Positions 12,741 through 27,154 of a stretch of DNA of 64,000 bases are shown piece after piece. The notes below the pieces were generated by a model. It worked only from the letters and a program-made list of their open reading frames with translations. It ran no database searches and was not told the DNA's origin. The position numbers were made by a program, and so were the translations under genes. The stretch covers positions 310,001 to 374,000 of the forward strand of contig NW_025766248.1 in the NCBI RefSeq assembly GCF_003918875.1. The letters run 5' to 3'. The stretch is from Haliotis rubra (Eukaryota). Within the stretch, counting starts at the first letter, position 1; each line of letters begins with the position of its first letter.

Positions 12741-14140
12741 TGAAACATAAAAAGATCTAGCCCATGTTCAACAAGAATCGTTCCATCGCTCTCTTCCACA
12801 ACTTGCTCCTGGGAACTATTATTTCCAAATCCATAAATCATAAGTTGCCAATACCAAAAACCTTTTAAGCAAAACCTACGATGAGTGCTTACAGAGCTGT
12901 GATAAGTGTATAGTTCTCTTATTGACCTCAACTCATCAGACCCAAACACAGCGGCAATACCAAACACGGAAACACATCAGCACCTCAACTCCGCGTTAAT
13001 GCATCTAAATACAGTCTCTTACTCATAACACTGATGACACCTTCCTCCATACATATCTCACTGTTACCCAACGCTGGTTTCAGAACGTCCGTCCAATCAG
13101 GAAATGTATACCATGTTGATCCTTTGCTTTAAAACCTCCGACAAATATTGATGCACAATGCGCAAGCACTAGATTCCCAAACTGTCGGTAATTGTCTCCG
13201 CTTCATCCAATATCTTGTAGACCATTTCTCTGTGGTGACACTACTGTAACGATTAAAAGTTGTTTGCGTTTTACTTATGGTCAGACCGGCTACTGGAAGC
13301 CGGTGCTAGTGTAAACATACAGATTTGTCTTACTTCTTCATTACTGGAAGCTGGTGTATGATACTGTGGAATCAATGTCTGAATCCTGCCGCTGAACTCT
13401 TGAGCATGGCTGACGATTGACACAGCAAATAAACATGGCTATGTAACTCACAAAATACATTTTTCTCAAGAGCCACATTTTTAACACATTACTTGAAGCC
13501 TTGAATATTTTAGTGCATGACAAAATTCAATTTGTAAAGTGGTAAGGAGGTTTTGTAAGCTGCCCTTTTAACACAAATTAATCAATCAGAATTCTTTCAT
13601 TCAGGACATTTCTTTTCAAAACTGGTGATAAAATGTCAAGAAGGTTCATTCTTGATCAGTCTTGCAAGTAGAGTGTCACACTTCCTTTTAAAACACTCTA
13701 CAAGACTAATTTGACATCCAGCCACAAAATGAAATCTTAATGAGGCATCAGGGGAAAAAAGCGGCAAAGCAATAATCATAGAAAATCTTGAATAAAAGAA
13801 ACATTTGCACAAACTGGATAATATTAGTCAGTATGTGTAATGAAACACTACCAATTTTTGACAATACCAGCAGTTCATGAAAAGTTGAATGAATCCTGCC
13901 CTTCTTGTCACAAAAGCATGCCAAGGCAAGGCAAGTGTTCACCTGACTGCATATGCTTAAATTATCCAAAACAGGAACCTGTCCTACACACTGTAAGCTT
14001 AATATGACACTTGTGATTCTGATCAAATTCTCAGCAGTCTTTGTTTTCCTGTAATGGAAAGATTGAGTGAAAGGATCTTGACTTCACTGTTGTATCTTCA
14101 AGAGTGAGTTGCAGCTGGGGTTGACGCAACTTGTAACAAT

Positions 14141-14230
14141 AGACACCAGAAATGGGCTTCACACATTGTACCCATGTGGGGAATCAAACATGGACCCTAA
14201 ATGCTTTAACCATTTGTTCCCCCACCACCT
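14141..14230 (-). mobile_element. SINE family A fragment
   Basis: gacaccagaaatgggcttcacacattgtacccatgtggggaatc. Confidence 0.8.
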
Positions 14231-15154
14231 CTGTATCTTCAAGACAAAAATGGGGTAAAAATGCACTGCTGGAATCAAACCCAGATCTTCTGTATGACAC
14301 ATTAACCAATGAACCACCTCAACATTTCCTTAACTGATGCTTGTTTCACCTTCTTGCAATTATTTTCAGATTATCAAATAAATGTCACCATATACATGAT
14401 GTTGGCTACTGAGTCTCCTTACAGAATGAATTCTACACTGTATTATTCAACAGTAGAAATAGAGCTGACGGTTAGAGATCCAGACTAGGAATGGGAATGG
14501 CTCATTTCATGTGAACTTATCATACATATGTGCAGTCATAGGCTTTTCCTGATTGTAATGGCCCCAGGGAAGTAAAAGGAATTAATCCAAATCAGTTAAG
14601 GCGAAGAAAATGTTGTTGGCTCAAAAGGTCAGTAGGTGAACACGACCCTTTCTGCCCCGAAGCAACCTCGAAATCTGACAAATTGTCACTTGATGACCAG
14701 GCTTGAGAAATCAGTGGCGAAAGCTAATAACAAGATCAAAGGAGATGGAAGCCATTGGGTCCTCCAACTCGAGTCCTTGGCCCTAAAAACTGACCAACTT
14801 GGCATCAATAAGTCACGATGCAGTTAGAGTAGTTCCCTCCCTGCCTCCGCAGGCAAATTACCTTCCTGCAGGAACCAGGGTGCTTGCCACAAATGGCAAA
14901 GGTTATGTAAAACACCCAGGTAGAAATGAGTGAAGATTCATCTCCTGGCTCTGAAGAATCAAAAGCGAGGTCAATTTCGCAACCATTAACTACAAACTTT
15001 GCCAGATGCCACACAAACCATAGTTGTTCATCCATTAGAAGTAATGCAGGTCTGTGATGAGGGAGGAGGGAAGTGGAATTCTTCAACAACAAAGTCTCAA
15101 TGGGCATGTGGGTACATGGACAAATGGGACAAAGGTCCCGAATTAATGACTCGA

Positions 15155-15320
15155 GGGGGCAGTGGGTAGCCTTGTGGTTAAAGCGTTCCCATATCAGGGC
15201 GAAGACCCATGTTCCATTCCCGCATGGGTACAACGTGTGAAGCCCATTTCTGGTGTCCCCTGCCACAATATTGCTGGAATATTGCTAAAAGCAGCGTAAA
15301 ACTAAAACTCACGCACCCAC
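15155..15320 (+). mobile_element. SINE family A, full length
   Basis: Head to tail match; imperfect TSD taat(g/t)actc. Confidence 0.9.
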
Positions 15321-15784
15321 TAATTACTCCTGAAGGTGGGAACTGTAATAGCTACTTTGTGAAAAGGTGGTCACATAAAAACATCAGTTATTATACCATT
15401 GTTATTTCTGGATCAATCTGGCCTTCGTGAAGTGTGCAAGAACCCCACAACATTTGAAACTGAAATTGGAGTGGGACAGAATCTGAGTGTAGGGTGGAAA
15501 TAGCACTAGTGGAAGTAATGACAGGAAATTGTGATATTTGCGTACAAGAAGATACCTGTGTGGAAGGTAATGTTCTGCCGTGGCGGTTCAACCTCCCACA
15601 GGGCAGAGCAGAGCAACACTGAAATAAGATCAGTTGAAAACAAACACTCCAATAACTGCAGCTGAGTCACCACTGAACTCAGACTATTGGTTACAAAGAT
15701 GGCATTGGTATTTCAACACGAGTTCCTGGAAGACGACTGATCGTAAGAAGAAACCGTCTGCAACACACACCTGCAAGTTTGCTT

Positions 15785-15949
15785 GAGTGAGTTAGTTTGG
15801 TTTTACGCCGCTTTTAGCAATATTCCAGCAATATCACGGCAGGGGACACCAGAAATGGGCTTCACACACTGTACCCATGTGGGGAATTCAACCCGGATCT
15901 TCAGCCTGACAAGCCAATGCTTGAACCACTAGGCTGTCCCACTGCCCCC
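15785..15949 (-). mobile_element. SINE family A, full length
   Basis: TSD agtttgcttgag on both sides. Confidence 0.93.
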
Positions 15950-15965
15950 AGTTTGCTTGAGGTGT

Positions 15966-16130
15966 GAGTGAGTGAGTATGCTTTTATGCCACTTTTAGCA
16001 ATATTCTAGGAACACCAAGCAGGGGACACCAGAAATGGGTTTCACACATTGTATCCATGTGAGGAATCAAACCCAGGTTTTCGGTGTGACGAGTGAACAC
16101 TTCAACGACTAGGCTACCCCACCCCAACCC
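15966..16130 (-). mobile_element. SINE family A, adjacent second copy
   Basis: Full match, about 16 bp from the previous copy. Confidence 0.9.
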
Positions 16131-16249
16131 CCAGCCCCCTCTAGAGGAATGATGACACACATGTATAGCAGTGCTTATTGTAGGCTCACTGTTGACTGGG
16201 GAGGCGCCTCAAGTCACTCTTGAACTAAGTGTAGGTGTGGGTGTCACAT

Positions 16250-16445
16250 GTGTGATTTAACACCTCACCTAGCAATACTCCAGCTGCTTGTTAGTTGCCT
16301 GTAAAAAGTTATGTCTGGACCAGTCGAGAATGATATTGTGAACACACAACAATCCACAACCAAGTCACAGAACCTGACCACCTTATCCAATAAGAAGCCT
16401 CAGACAACCGCCATTGGTCACGGGCAACATATTCTCAACAGGAAT
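16250..16445 (-). mobile_element. Old family B-like copy
   Basis: agcaatactccagct, tctggaccag and caaccaagtca..cctgaccacc remnants. Confidence 0.6.
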
Positions 16446-16593
16446 CCCTCTAATGTATAGATTAGCGCTTCTCTGAGCATCTGTCAACCAAAGGAGAATA
16501 TCAGTTACGTTAAAGGCATGATTTCCAGCAAGATCTGTTGAGTTGAATAATGACCTGGCCAACCAATGGAGACCTCAGAAATCCCAACCTCAT

Positions 16594-16837
16594 GGTCGGT
16601 TGGTTGGTTGTTTAATGCTGCACTCAGCAATATCCCAGCTATATGGCGGCGGTCTGTAAATAATCAACTCTGGACCAGAGAATCCAGAGATCAGCATCAT
16701 GAGCATCTATCTATGCAATTGGGATACAATGACATGTGTCAACCAAGTCAGCAAGCCTGACCACCTAATCCCATTAGTCGCCTCTTATGACAAGCATGGG
16801 TTACTGAATACAAATTCTAACCCGGATCTTCACAGGT
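16594..16837 (-). mobile_element. SINE-like family B, full length
   Basis: Full match; imperfect TSD c(a/c)acct(c/t)atgg. Confidence 0.92.
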
Positions 16838-17615
16838 TCACCACCTTATGGAACACAGAGGCCACCTAATTCACATGAAGACATCTCTACATCAGACACT
16901 ATTGTCAGTAGATGTGTCACAGAGCAAATAACAGAAACTTGATGATCTTGAATGATATCATAAGTCAACTTCACAGTTCATTCCGAAGAAACTATTTGTT
17001 AACTGTGTTTCTGGAGATGACTTGGAGTACCACGGAAGATGGAGATGCAATGATACTGTCCCAGCATCCTTGGACCTTCACAAATCTTTTTGTCCCCTGG
17101 AGATATTCTGAAGATAGCAGGCAGTGAAGGAATTATGACACTGTCAATCTCAAGTGGAAGGATTGCATGTTAAACTACACTTCTGCCCAGCACTCCATGA
17201 CACAGGCCTCATGTCGTGCTGTTAGTCGGGTCAAGACTGCCGTCTAATTTATCATCTCGCTCAAATACAACTTTCATACTTTTTGGAAAGACACACTATC
17301 ATCAATAATAGTGTTTCTACCTCAATAATCATGATCTTGATATAGTTGGTTCATAAATTCAGTAAAATTTTGACATGCAGTACATCAAAAATGTTTCGTT
17401 TTTACAAACTAACTCTATAACAAAACAAGAATCATTTGTCACATGCATAGACAATATTAGTAGTGACTTGACTGATCAAATCCATCCCATGTAAATAGAG
17501 GGGAGGGTTTTTCAAAAGTGGAATATACATCACTTTTTACTTATATGCGATCAGTCTTTATAATAATATCTCAAATCATAAATATCAGATATCAATAAAA
17601 GTTATGAACTTTTAT

Positions 17616-17782
17616 AGTGAGTGAGTGAGTTTAGTTTTACGCCGCTTTTAGCATTATTCCAACAATATCACAGCAGGGGACACCAGAAATGGGCTTCACA
17701 CACTGTACCCATGTGGGGAATCGAACCCGGGTCTTCGGCATAACAATCCAGTGCATTAACCACTAAGTTATCCCACCGCCCC
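17616..17782 (-). mobile_element. SINE family A, full length
   Basis: Near-consensus copy. Confidence 0.93.
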
Positions 17783-17999
17783 TCTGAATATTATAAAAAT
17801 TAAAGATGCTATATGCAATGTGAGATTTATGTAAATGAAAGCGTATGCGGAAATCCAAAGGACAAGAAGAAGGTCCAAATTCTCTTTTATACATTTGCCT
17901 GACAGAGAGCACCTGTCGTCAATATCCATCACGCAGTCCGAAACAAGTTGGACAGCAGTTACATGTTCCTGTGATGTTGTAAGCTGTCCACTAAACCAC

Positions 18000-18710
18000 A
18001 CTTGCTACAAGTCATCGTATATCATAGAGGCTGGTACACTGTGGTTAAAGACACTTCCATACAGTATAGCAGAAACTGACATGTACATGAAAGGTCATGA
18101 CAGGCTACACGTCATCATATATTATTATTACATACTGGCTGGTACGCTGTCATTAAGGCAACTTCTATACAATATACTAGAAGACAGTTACATGCAGATG
18201 AAAGGTCAATACAGGCTGTCCATTACACCAGACTTGCTTCAAGTCATCATTCATTACATACTGGCTGGTACGCCGTCATTAGGGCCACTTCTATACAATA
18301 TACTATACACAGATGAAGGCTAGATGTAGATACACCTTTTATTCAAGTCATCATTCATTACAGACTGGCTGGTACGCTGTCATTAAGGCAACTTCTATAC
18401 AATATACTAGAAGACAGTTACATGCAGATGAAAGGTCAATACAGGCTGTCCATTACACCAGACTTGCTTCAAGTCATCATTCATTACAGACAGGCTGGTA
18501 CAGCTGTCATTAAGGCAACTTCTATACAATATACTAGAAGACAGTTACATGCAGATGAAAGGTCAATACAGGCTGTCCATTACACCAGACTTGCTTCAAG
18601 TCATCATTCATTACAGACAGGCTGGTACGCTGTCATTAAGGCCACTTCTATACAATATACTAGAAGACAGGACAGGTACAGACTGGCTGGATATGCTGTC
18701 ATTGATACAC
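18000..18710. repeat. ~126-bp tandem repeat, ~5 copies
   Basis: caagtcatcattcattac... at 18240, 18344, 18470, 18597. Confidence 0.92.
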
Positions 18711-19229
18711 CTCTAAAACAATACACAAATCTACATTTATATGACTCTTACATGAAAAACTGAGTAAAAAGAACAGCAGAAAATCTCCAGGTCCCTCCTT
18801 GAAGACTGCCTTAATGTAAGGAGGGTAAGATTACCATGGCAACACATCTGCACTTGTATACAGATTTACACGGAAGGACATCCTCATATACACAAATGAT
18901 AACTATACATCGAAGGCGGTGTATGAGCCTAACTATGATAGTAACTATTAAATATATGATCACATTATTGTTTATCAGCTCTATTCACTTAGAATTTGTG
19001 GAAAATACTTTACTCACCACCTTATTCTCAAGTTCAAAGTATTCGATTTCTCAATTGACATTTATATTTTTTTGAGAATACAATTTCATAAAAGACATAC
19101 AGACAAGTGCAAAATCAGATCAATGAATATAAACAGCCTGAGCTGAAAGCCATGGACAAAAACTGTGAATTGCTTGTATGCTGATGACACTGCATGCAGC
19201 AACTAGGGAATCGTGCTGTTTGCACATTC

Positions 19230-19645
19230 TGGCTCCATGTCAGAGCTCCGCATCGGGGGCTCCATGTCACAGCTCCACACCATGGCTCCATGTCACAGCT
19301 CCACACCATGGCTCCATGTCACAGCTCCACACCATGGCTCCATGTCACAGCTCCACACCATGGCTCCATGTCACAGCTCCACACCATGGCTCCATGTCAC
19401 AGCTCCACACCATGGCTCCATGTCACAGCTCCACACCAGGGCTCCATGTCACAGCTCACACACACCATGGCTCCATGTCACAGCTCCACCACCAGCTCCA
19501 GCTCCACACCAGGGCTCCATGTCAGCTCCACACCACAGCTCCTTGCACAGCACAGCTCCACACCACATCACACAGCTCCATGTCAGCTCCACACCACTGC
19601 TCCTTGTCACAGCTCCACATCACAGCTCCATGTCACAGTTCCAAG
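19230..19645. repeat. 26-bp minisatellite
   Basis: Unit ggctccatgtcacagctccacaccat. Confidence 0.96.
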
Positions 19646-20480
19646 CCATGTAGAATGCATCCATCAAATGCTCCTACAATGACACCTTGGTGACTGTCCA
19701 TCAGAGACTTCTAATTTAAACCAGCTCAACAGCTCCAGATTTCATGAGAGAAAACTTTAATGTCCCCACTTGTGATTTCTGCCTCTTTGAAGCAGCGATC
19801 TGCCACTATTAAGTACAATGAGAAGAACGAACGAGAGGTGATAGCACATCCACCCAGCATCTGATTGTGCCTCAGCAAAAAGCCGAGGAGCCATGAATCA
19901 ATATATCGTAGTATAACACTCCCAAGATGAAGATGCATTTGGCAAATAAAACCTTCCATGCCTGTTAGAACCGAATGAATGTTTAATGACAGATTTAAAT
20001 GCATGGTGCGGTTTGTTGCGATTGTGTTTTTGTAATGCGATTGGAAGTACATGTCATTACACTAACGCTCCGTGAGCACTCCGACTTGGTTCTGTCAACA
20101 TGAAAGGCCCCGTCGCCAACACCTTGTCATCTCTCCAGGTTCAGTCTGGACAAATTCAATTTACACATACATTACATTCAAATGGAAGCTAACACATCTA
20201 AGGAACAGACATGTCCATCTCTTCCGAACAACATCAATCCTTTTGTTCTATAAAAATAAACTTGTGAAAAAATATAACTTTTAAACTGTTTGTGTCTCAA
20301 AAACATAATACTTTAGTCATTTATTTCAATCTGTTGAAACTGGTAACCAAATATGTTGAAAGGTCTTGTCTTTATTTCTACTATTTCACAGTTCACTCAT
20401 TTAAGCCAAAAACACTTTCAGCCACTGAAACCATATTTCAACGTGTATGCAGAGATATCTGTCCTCAATGTCTACAACAT

Positions 20481-21178
20481 AACTTTCTTGCTTGATTCAC
20501 ATAGTGCATTCTGTGTGGGGCAGTACTCATCAAAGTAGACTTTCTTGCTTGATCACATAGTGCATTCTGTGTGGGGCAGTACTCATCAAAGTAGACTTTC
20601 TTTAGGTCTCACACTTCAAGACATAGTACAAAGAGGCACACAGCTAACAGGGAATACTTTCTGGTAGACACCCTGTGTCTTTTGTTTCTTTACTAAGTAC
20701 CAATTATCTGAGGCATAAAGTTAGCAGAGAATACTTTCTGGTAGACACCCTGTGACTTGTGTTTCTACCAATAGGCATAACGTTAGCAGAGAATACTTTC
20801 TGGTAGACACCCTGTGACTTGTGTTTCTACCAATAGGCATAAAGTTAGCAGATAATACTTTCTGGTAGACACCCTGTGACTTGTGTTTCTACCAATAGGC
20901 ATAAAGTTAACAGAGAATACTTTCTGGTACACATCCTTTAACTTGTGTCTCTACCAATAGGCATAAAGTTAGCAGAGAATACTTTCTGGTAGACACCCTG
21001 TGACTTGTGTTTCTACCAATAGGCATAAAGTTAGCAGATAATACTTTCTGGTAGACACCCTGTGACTTGTGTTTCTACCAATAGGCATAAAGTTAGCAGA
21101 GAATACTTTCTGGTAGACACCCTGTTACTTGTGTTTCTACCAATAGGCACAAAGTTAACAGAGAATACTTTCTGGTAA
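20481..21178. repeat. 56-bp duplication followed by a 62-bp minisatellite (~8 copies)
   Basis: Unit gaatactttctggtagacaccctgtgacttgtgtttctaccaataggcataaagttagcaga. Confidence 0.95.
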
Positions 21179-21819
21179 AATTATTCAGTTCAGGTGCTTC
21201 AGACTATAAGCTAAAGCTAAAACATCAAACCAAGATTGTGCTTGGGGGGACCACCTGGTCACTTTCATCTCAGGTTCATCTCTCAGTTTAACAACCAGTG
21301 GTTTCACTGCTCCGGTTTTGCCTGCTCTGAAGTTGTGACATATCCAAGGATGTTTGTAACACTTAAACCGATACATGACCACATAAAACCCAATCTCAGT
21401 CACGCTCACCATGCTTCAGATCTTTGCCTTGTCTGTTAACATCTATGGATAAGTGAATTAGCATGTTCACAAACACAAAGAAGTCATCAAGCCGACCTGA
21501 CATACTAATGCAAAAACATAATAGCTGGTCACCAGGATCTTGTCTAGAACTGAAAATTACCGACACGAATCCACAGAATACAACAAAAACTGAGTGGATT
21601 TCAACACTATCAACTACAAATCCTTAAGAATACAAATTCAACTAAAACCACCCAAATCAGCTCTTGAATCTCCTTGCATTGCCACAAGAGAATGTTCTCA
21701 AGTTGGGAATCAATAGTGGAGAAAAAAACTATCAGCCTCAGCTTGGACCCTGTTCCTTCACAGAGCATTAGTTGTACTCAACTAGGACATGGAGAGTGGG
21801 CACATGACTGTAATGACTT

Positions 21820-22640
21820 CATGGTATAAGTGTGGGCTATATCATGGTATTGTGTGGGCTATATCATGGTATTGTGTGGGCTATATCATGGTGTTGTGTG
21901 GGCTATATCATGGTGTTGTGTGGGCTATATCATGGTATTGTGTGGGCTATATCATGGTATTGTGTGGGCTATATCATGGTATTGTGTGGGCTATATCATG
22001 GTATTGTGTGGGCTATATCATGGTATTGTGTGGGTTATGGTGTTGTGTGGGCTATATCATGGTATTGTGTGGGCTATATCATGGTGTTGTGTGGGCTATA
22101 TCATGGTGTGTGGGCTATATCATGGTATTGTGTGGGCTATATCATGGTATTGTGTGGGCTATATCATGGTATTGTGTGGGCTATATCATGGTATTGTGTG
22201 GGCTATATCATGGTATTGTGTGGGCTATATCACGGTATTGTGTGAGCTATAGTGTAAGCTATATCATGGTATTGTGTGGGCTATATCATGGTATTATGTG
22301 TGGTATTGTATATCATGGTATTGTGTGGGCTATATCATGGTATTGTGTGGGCTATATCATGGTATTGTGTGGGCTATATCATGGTATTGTGTGGGCTATA
22401 TCATGGTATTGTGTGGGATATATCATGGTATTGTGTGGGCTATATCATGGTATTGTGTGGGCTATATCATGGTATTGTATAGTGGGCTATATCATGGTAT
22501 TGTGTGGCTATATCATCATGTGGGTATCATGGTGTGGGCTATATCATGGTATTGTGTGGGCTATATCATGGTATTGTGTGGGATATATCATGGTATTGTG
22601 TGGGATATATCATGGTATTGTGTGGGATATATGTAGACTG
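21820..22640. repeat. 22-bp minisatellite, ~37 copies
   Basis: Unit gtgtgggctatatcatggtatt. Confidence 0.97.
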
Positions 22641-23436
22641 GGGACATATACACAGCGTATATCATAGTGGTGTGTGTGATATATGCAGTAGGGTTGAATA
22701 CAGATTATACATAAGGATAGGATGTGGATATACAGACTCAGATATACAGACTGTACACCTGAAGAGCCGTTGAACAGAGAAAAGATCTTGTGCTGATATA
22801 GGAGTTTTGACAAGAAGATATATCTGGAGTCCTGTTTTATATATTCTTAGCTTATACACGTGCATGAATCACTTGTTATATATATTTCTGTGGGCTTATA
22901 CGCTTTTGTACATGTTGTATCACTATTGTATTATGCTGTTCCACAATTTTATATGTTATACCAACATTAGGTAAATTTTACCACTATTGCATGGATTGTA
23001 CCACCATTGCCTGAGTTGGTCCAAAAAGTGTATCTGCCAGCAATGGTAAAACTGCCCACTATTTGCCCCTAGCCACCACATCATAACACTGATGATCTGT
23101 TACAACAGATTAAAGATCACACTGACAAGAGAGACTCCATAAACTGACTCTATGCCTGCTGTGATTAGTCAGGGCATTGAACTGTGGCTACCATGAGGAG
23201 GAGGGCATTAACTCCACCATAGGTTCAGTGACGATTTCACTGCCAAGCTTCCATCAAACACTTCCATCAATACAGAGAACTTGGTCTCTGTACTAGCCAG
23301 CAAATAAACATACCATTGTCTCCCACTACATGACCAGGGTTGTGTAATGGTAATAATGTAAGACTTGAGAAGAGAAAGTAATAGCTCTGGAGGAAGAAAA
23401 TTATTTTTTGACTTAAAGATTTGCTTTGGAGCTTTT

Positions 23437-23599
23437 GAGTGAGTGATGAGTAAATCTAGCTTTACGCCACTTTTAGCAATATTCTAGCAATATCACGGCG
23501 ATGGACACGGGAATGGGATTCACACCCATGTGGGGAATAGAACCCAGGCCTTCGGTGTGATGGGCGAACGCTTTAACCACTAGGCCACCCAACCACCCC
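23437..23599 (-). mobile_element. SINE family A
   Basis: Tail-to-head match with a small deletion. Confidence 0.88.
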
Positions 23600-23976
23600 T
23601 AGTTGATTAATAGATAATATACTGACAGAAAGAAGACATCCCCACTGGAACAACGACTAAACCATTACAACACAGAGCAGCCATTGCTTGTATCAGTGTT
23701 GGTAGGTACATTCTCTTCAAAATACAAAGAGATGTCTCTAACCTTTTAACATATATGTGCTGTAAATATTTATCACAAAGGTGAAGTTGAGTCATGAATC
23801 TGAATTGGATGAGAAAAAAACAGGAATGTGAAGAAGTTGTGAAAAGATGGACACAGTGTAAGGATCATTCATCCATTATGAATCCAGTAATGGTTCCCAG
23901 TGGAAATCTGCTTTTTAAATGTAGCTTTCCTGTGATCATTCATTGTTGGGTTCTCTTAACCCTAATTATAATGTAA

Positions 23977-24055
23977 GCGTGGGTGGGTGAGTGAGTGAGT
24001 GAGTGAGTGAGTGAGTGAGGGAGGGTGTGTGTGAGTGAGTGAGTGAGTGAGTGAG
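23977..24055. repeat. (GAGT)n microsatellite
   Basis: Direct reading. Confidence 0.95.
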
Positions 24056-24140
24056 CTGAATGTGCAATTGAAGTATAACAAAATTATACAGCTGCATTCA
24101 AGGAATTAACAGTCTATTGTTCTGGATTAGATTAATTACA

Positions 24141-24203
24141 TATTTTATTCACTGAGAAAAGGATTAGAACTTGTTCCTAATCCTGTTCTCAGTGAATAAA
24201 ATA
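24141..24203. repeat. 63-bp near-perfect inverted repeat
   Basis: tattttattcactgagaa-a-aggattag...ctaatcct-g-ttctcagtgaataaaata. Confidence 0.9.
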
Positions 24204-24274
24204 GGTTTAAAACAAAACATTACTTACATCCAAAGTTGATTGTTGAACATCACCTGTCTAACTAGATGCTTGCT

Positions 24275-24440
24275 AGTGAGTGAGTGAGTGAGTTTAGTTT
24301 TACACCGCTTTTAGCAATATTCCAGCAATATCATGGCGGGGGACACCAGAAATGGGCTTCACACATTGTACCTATGTGGGAAATTGAACTCGGGTCTTCG
24401 GCATGACTAGCAAACACATCAACCAATTGGCCACCCCGCC
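24275..24440 (-). mobile_element. SINE family A
   Basis: Near-consensus copy. Confidence 0.92.
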
Positions 24441-26251
24441 AGTTTTCTTTGAGACAAGAACATAAAGAAGTGCAGGCTTAGAACCCAAATCAATAGCAAC
24501 CATGTGAAAAGTATCACCTAAACTACCAACACCAGTATGTATTGTAGAAATTTGCTGAAAGATATCTGAGACTCGTGGCTCTGTCATACAAGCCTGGTTG
24601 TCCATGGATGAAATGTTAATCTGAATATGCAAGATGCTAGGTTATCACCAGGAGAATCCAATAGTCATGAAAGGAGGATCTACTGAAAGCATTGATCTTA
24701 ATAAGCTACACATAGGTATAGAATAGGGGCAACAGCAACAACAGCAACAACAGCAACACAGCAAAATCAGGAGCATCAGCAACAGCCATCACCACTTGCT
24801 TCAATAATGAGCTGTGCGAGTCATGTACCAGGGCGATCACACTGCTGACGACACTATCAGTGACAGTTAATAATTACTGTCACTCCATCATCAAAATAAA
24901 TGATTTCAGGAGATGCGAAACGGGGACAGCATCACATGAACCAAACCGGCGATGACGCTGGCACTGTGTACAAATCACAAGGGACGTGAAAGTGGGAAAC
25001 AAACCGCAGTTACATCAGTCACCGAATCGGGAAATAGTTTGATAACATCATCCCTAGATGTGGGACACTTGCGATGTTAGCGATTCTCAAAGCGACAAAG
25101 GACTGTGCTCTTAGCCAAGATTTCTTATCATCAGGGAAATTGTTTTGTCCATTTATCAAAAACAGTTCAAGACTTGTTGTTGCATTCTAATACTAGCCTC
25201 TCCAGTTCAGACCAAGGATTCAAATTATCCTCGAGAAGACGCTAAACAAGCACTGTTTCTCACGAACAGTGCTAACCTTTCAATGTCTGATGTTCCTCAA
25301 AGACTTGCCTATCTACAGTATTGAAATTAGGTAATTTGTAGTCAGTATTGTTATCAGCAATAACTTCAGCTAGTTGTAAGGAGAACGGCAGATAAATGGC
25401 AGCAGATGCATCATCTTCTTTTGATAGCTGCTGCAAGAAATGAATGTTTACATGAAACAGGAAATTAATAAAGCAAATCTGTCTAAATGACAGGACAGGA
25501 ATGCTGTACGTTTACCCTCTTAAAAATATCCAAACATCATAGTTACAAGATCTATGCTGCCAAAGACAAACAGAACAGGGAGAGGTTTTCAATTATATTG
25601 AATTACATACAGAAATAATAGTGGCAAGGGAAACATTATTACTGAAGAAGTCATAGTTTCCTATCAACTAACTGCAACAAAGGAGAATGGGAAAGCAACT
25701 TGTCTCTATTAAAAGTGAATACAAGAAGGATAACTTATTCCTGTGTAGTTTGTCTGCAGCCAGAAAGTCAAACAATGAGGAATACAAACAGAATTATGGG
25801 ATTACAGGGATTGATCTCAATCTGCTGGGAGGTCAATATTTGACCTAAGTCTGCAGCAACTGTCAGTAACAAATTCCCAAACTGGAGTTAAGTATGTCCT
25901 TATTTATGATGTTAAAGCTTTAATAGCTTTAATAAATGTTAGGGTCTTGTATCTCATGTTGTATTTCACTGATAACAGGATGAGTATAGAGCAAAAGGAT
26001 AAAAGAGTTTAAGTTTAACACTATTGCATTGAATACAATGTTACAATTCAATCGTAAAATATCTATGAACTGAGGAAAATAAGATTTAATAAAATTAAAA
26101 ATCTCAATAAATAATACACAAATAATAATGTTAAAAGCCTTTGTCTGAAATTTGTTGCAACAGGCACCATATAAATATTAACTTTATTATTATTACATGT
26201 ATTAATTCTGAAGATATTGAGCTTCCTCATTTGTTTCCCAAGATCACCTAG

Positions 26252-26468
26252 TTCATGTTACTACATACATGACTGGAGAGCTACACATTATATAGGCATA
26301 AACAGACGCTGAAATGTTTGATGTGTACAATTCAACAACCACACTATACAGTATACTTACTTCATATTACTACATACATGACTGGAGAGCTACACATTAT
26401 ATAGGCATAAACAGACACTGAAATGTTTGATGTGTACAATTCAACAACTACACTATACAGTATACTTA
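26252..26468. repeat. 109-bp tandem duplication
   Basis: ttcat.ttactacatacatgactggagagc... at 26252 and 26361. Confidence 0.93.
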
Positions 26469-26889
26469 TTTTGGACAAATTTAATTATGTTTTAATAAAA
26501 TCTTGAATAAACATATTCAAAACATCCAACTCTGTTTAGAGTTTACAAGACACTGAGCACATGTGCACATAGTTTGGATACCTGATGCCACAGATGGTTG
26601 CGCAGCAGGGCTCTTGCTCAGCTTCATCTCATACATGCTGATGTTTTGGCAAACACTGATGGTGTTTTTTGTATCAGATTGCTTTGATGAATAATCCCCT
26701 TATTCATATCATATGTGCTCTCTGGAGCGAGACTAATTAAATCGGCAATGTCCCTTGCCTTGTACATTCATGTGCTCTGTGTAGGAGAAACTTTATGAAG
26801 ACTCACTCACTCACTCACACACTCACTCAGAGAGATTTTTCATCTACAAGAAGTACTTGAAACTTGTCTTTCCAACCTAGGGAATGATT

Positions 26890-27148
26890 GAGTGAGTGAG
26901 TTTAGTTTTACGCAGATTTTAGCAATATTCCAGCAATAATACGGCAGGGGAAACCAGAATAGGGCTTTCCACATTTCACCTTATGCGAGGAATCGAATGC
27001 ATAAAGCACTAGGCTACCTACCATATGAACTTTTTTGAAAATGAAAGATGCTTCGTCATATATAAGCAATGCGACACGCATAAAACTGAAAGTGTAGACA
27101 TAAATCCATATGCCAAAATTTTAACCACTTAGGCTACCCAACTGCCTC
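26890..27148 (-). mobile_element. SINE family A, degenerate, with a detached head piece at ~27120-27148
   Basis: Tail and body match; separate ttaaccacttaggctaccca fragment. Confidence 0.75.
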
Positions 27149-27154
27149 CTAACC

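Noticed and set aside
5207-13571. Possible Kolobok-like ends (ttaaaggcacaatg at ~5207; gccctttaa at ~13571)
   Set aside because: I could not identify matching opposite TIRs with confidence.
19178-22667. Long repetitive ORFs at 19178-19693 and 21789-22667 (also 43645-44373, 48320-48626, 49066-49464)
   Set aside because: Translations of minisatellite units.
24228-24253. 26-nt minus-strand micro-exon or recursive site (cag|gtgatg...|gtaagt)
   Set aside because: The acceptor lacks a pyrimidine tract and has competing AGs; such matches are expected by chance.
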